Origin: Glaucostegus cemiculus
Lineage: Eukaryota
Assembly: GCA_976551045.1 (NCBI GenBank)
Contig: CDPCPM010000023.1
Location: 9,734,001-9,798,000 of the forward strand
DNA length: 64,000 nt
Reading direction: 5' to 3'
Shown: positions 60,613 to 64,000 of the stretch, one piece after another
How the letters are laid out: every line of letters starts with the position of its first letter
Position numbering within the stretch: the stretch's first letter is position 1
Notes under the pieces: generated by a model
Database searches by the model: none
Seen by the model: only the letters and a program-made list of their open reading frames with translations
What the model was told of the DNA's origin: nothing
Position numbers and translations under genes: made by a program

Positions 60613-63600
60613 GCCTCTGAGATAGAGATCACAGGGTCGCCGGATGCTGTGCGGATTCGCAGAGATACAGTGTTATTCTCCCTTTCAAAGCATGTTAAAA
60701 GGCATTAGAGCTCTTTCACATGATAAAGCTGCAGAGTTCTGGAATTCCTCATTGCTTTTGTCCCATTCCCTGAATCTCAGCATCCCTCACATTGTAGGGC
60801 CCATACCTTCAATCTAGTTGCAGATTTGGATTCCTCAGGCTGTGCCTTACTTTACAAATCCATTTGCAAAGATGAGGTATCTTGAATGAATTCCCTTAAG
60901 AGGTAACAAGGAAGGTAGGTAAAGGAGGTGGGTTTGGTGCAGTTTAACTGGATTTTAACAAGGCTTTTGACAAGTTGTTACATGGTAAGCCGGTCAAAAG
61001 AAATAAAAACCTGTCAGATCCAAGGGAAAGTGGCAAATTGGATCCAAAGTTGGCTCAGCGGTGGGAAGCAAAGGTTAATTATTGATATGTGCTTTAGTGA
61101 CTGGAAGGCTGTTTCTCTGTGGATTAATGATGAAAGTAAGGGACTTGACAAAGAAGTTTGTAGATGATGGTAAAATTGGTTGCATGAGGAAAGCTTTAGA
61201 CTGCAGGAAGATATTAATGGTCTGGTCAATTGGGCAGACAAATGGCAAATGGAATTTAATCTAGAGAAGTGAGAGATATAGCTTTTAAGCAGGTTCAACA
61301 AAACAAAGAAATGTGCAGTAAATGGTCACTGCCTTGCATACTTGTGGCATGCATGTTAAGTTGGCTGCTGGCATGTTAGAGCCCATTCTGTGGCACTGCA
61401 CAAAGGCAAAACTGTATCAGTGTCGGCCCTGCTCACAAGATGAGTGGCTGCTGTGTTAAAATTGTCTCCTAATGGGCCACCTGCTGTCACCTCGCCCCTC
61501 CTGCATGGAGCAGAAATTGTCTCTTGCAAATGGGAAGAAGTGCAGGGGGTCCCCATTACGTTCTGGCCAACATTTGTCCAACTCACTCCTACTGTTGTGG
61601 AATCTTCCTGTGCCCAAATTGACTACAATTCAAAAGTGCTACAACAAGAAGTTGAAATATTTATCATGCCTTGAAATTTGCTCAGTTGGTGGAACTGAAT
61701 TAAGTCAATGTCTGAATACGGGAGGTAAAGTACAACATATTATACATCATGTTTAGTGCAATTGGCTAGGGATAAATCTCTAGGCTAGTGCCATTAATGT
61801 AGTAAAACCACCCAAGATATTTCACTGGTGGTGTTTTCAAAATCTGGTGCTAAGCCAAAGATGGATTGTGACCATAAAACTGGCAACTGGGCTAAGTTTT
61901 GTCCCAACAGGGAGGGAAATCTTCAGGGGGAGAATGCAAAGGCTTCTGGTTTTGAGGACTGAATGAAGATCTTCATTAGGATGCATGAGCTGAAGAAAGG
62001 TGCTATAACATGTGAGTCTTTTATCGTCCTCGTTATAAACACAAACCAGGGCAATGCACTACCTAGTTGTTTATTTCATTGGAAAATCCTAATCTTGAAA
62101 ACAGAATTAAAAGTGCAGGGATGAACTCATGCTGCAGGACTTTGCTGTGGCTGTCACAGAGCACCCGCACCTGTGCCTCAATATTGACTATTTACATAGC
62201 AGTCTTTCAGGTTTATTAATCCGTGGTGACGGAATTGGTGCTCCAGGTTCCCACGGAAACAGCACAGATGACTTGGAGCCATTAGAGAAATGGTTTGTGT
62301 CACTATTTTGATTTAAAGCAGGGGGACCAAAATAAAACCTGCCTGTCACTGTCTAGAGTGAGTCAGAGTCCTGCGTGGAATGACGCCAGCAGAAGACTCA
62401 TGAAGCACTAAATGGAAAGGTCATCTCCTGTGATTAGTAATAAAGGCTCAGATCTGGACAACTGGGATAAGCAAGGAACTGAACTCACCAAGGAATTAAT
62501 GAAACTGAACAAGTAATCTCTTCCATTCTTTCCTGTCCAGCGATCCTCAGTTGAATGAGCCGTGGGTGTTGGTGTCAAAATAATATGCACTTAAACCTTC
62601 ACTCCTTCCAAACATCCTAATCAGTCAGTCTAATGAACATGACTTATAAAAAGACATCAGGAAATTGCAGCACTGCAGTGGAGTCAGAGTACAGAGCTGT
62701 GAGCACACAAATGCCCAAACAGTGTTTGAAGGCCTGAAGAGTATCTTGCTCATAGTGAACTGTTGATGTTCCATTTTTTTTCCAATTTATCTTTAAATGT
62801 TCAGGCAACATAATGGCTCAGAAGTTCAGCCACACAGCAGCCACTTCTCAGGCATGAAACAGGCCCTGGTTGGCTGCGGCAGAAAACACATATCTGTTAT
62901 GAGCTGGCATTGCACTGCCCCTTGTAAAAGGAGATGATTATAGGCCCTGGAAGTTGTAACCCACTGGGGCTCCAATTCAAACATCCATCCTTCTCATGTT
63001 TTGTTCATGAGAATGACATTAACATGCTGTGAGATTGCACACATTGCAATTGTCTTTTTATAACAGGCCCCTGTAGCCCACCCACAGATATTAACCAGTA
63101 TAGCTGAGCGATGGAAGTCCAGAACCTTAGACTGAAACAGCTCTTATACCCTCACACTTGCAGATTAAGAACCAAATGCCTCCTTTGGTTGTCCTTAGCA
63201 AGACTTTAAAAAAACTTACTCCAAATACAAAGGTGCTCAAAGAACTCAAATCGTTTGCATGTCCAGCTAATCACCATCACAGCCAAGCATATCACCCTCA
63301 GTCCCAGCTGCCCCTATTTACCCAACCCAGACGTCTCCCTTCACCATTTAATCTCAGGACCGGTGTGACCAGCAGAAAAATTCACTTCAGTCATGCCTTT
63401 CCTCACCAGCTTAACGTAAGTGAACTCTGAGGCACAGTGCCTGGTGAGATTTGGGCATTGCTGTTCAGCCACAGAAACTGACATTGAATGCCCTTGAAAG
63501 AGAGTATTGAATTTTCAAAGCCAATGATTTTATCATGACTTGGGCTTGGGTTGTAATCTAATCAATGGGCCCACATGCTGGTGTAGGCAAATATCTTCCA

Positions 63601-64000
63601 AGTCACTGAGACTCACTCCAAGGTGTACATTAGTTGCTAATTATTAGAAGTGTTATAAGATGTTCCCATATCATTGGTTTTGGTTTATTATTGTCACTTG
63701 TACTGAGGTACAGTGGAAAAACTTGTCTTGCATACTGATCGTACAGGTCAATTCATTACACAGTGCAGTTACATTGGTTTAGTACAGAATCCAAGACCAC
63801 ATTGGCTAAAATGATAAACACAAATTTACTGAGTTGATATCCACAAGTGGACTACTGGAGCCTGTTAGGTGAATGAAACTGCAATATTATAGAATGCCTC
63901 TGCATGATAAGGGAATTCTCATGAACAGAACTTCATCAGGATTGGAGCTGTAGTGTGTCCCACTAGTTTGAATCTCCCTGGGTATTTAATTATCTCCTAT

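Overview
Repeat-rich genomic DNA from a cartilaginous fish, probably a ray or skate; this is inferred from the HE1/V-SINE, DeuSINE, CR1, Rex1, Penelope and Harbinger repeat content. The only host gene I can support is the first coding exon of CREB3L1 (OASIS) on the minus strand (13692-13790), inside a CpG-rich promoter. Intron 1 runs off the left edge, and the ~50 kb to the right is upstream intergenic DNA. The rest is layered transposons. These include a young 5'-truncated CR1 LINE with an uninterrupted ORF2 (32760-36429) inserted into a decayed Gypsy pol, a second Gypsy gag relic, a solo LTR with a target-site duplication (TSD), three Harbinger-derived relics, many CR1, Rex1 and Penelope fragments, and three SINE families. 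Three observations stand out. (1) An in-phase U_UUA_AAC slippery heptamer sits directly before the CR1 ORF1 stop, and the -1 frame is open without a stop into ORF2, making it a candidate programmed -1 frameshift that would give an ORF1-ORF2 fusion. (2) Two short fold-back Penelope-derived insertions have 14-16 bp TSDs, and one encloses a minimal hammerhead-ribozyme motif. (3) A young V-SINE subfamily carries a Rex1-type rather than a CR1-type tail. All family calls are by-eye motif recognition without database searches, and boundaries of old repeats are approximate.
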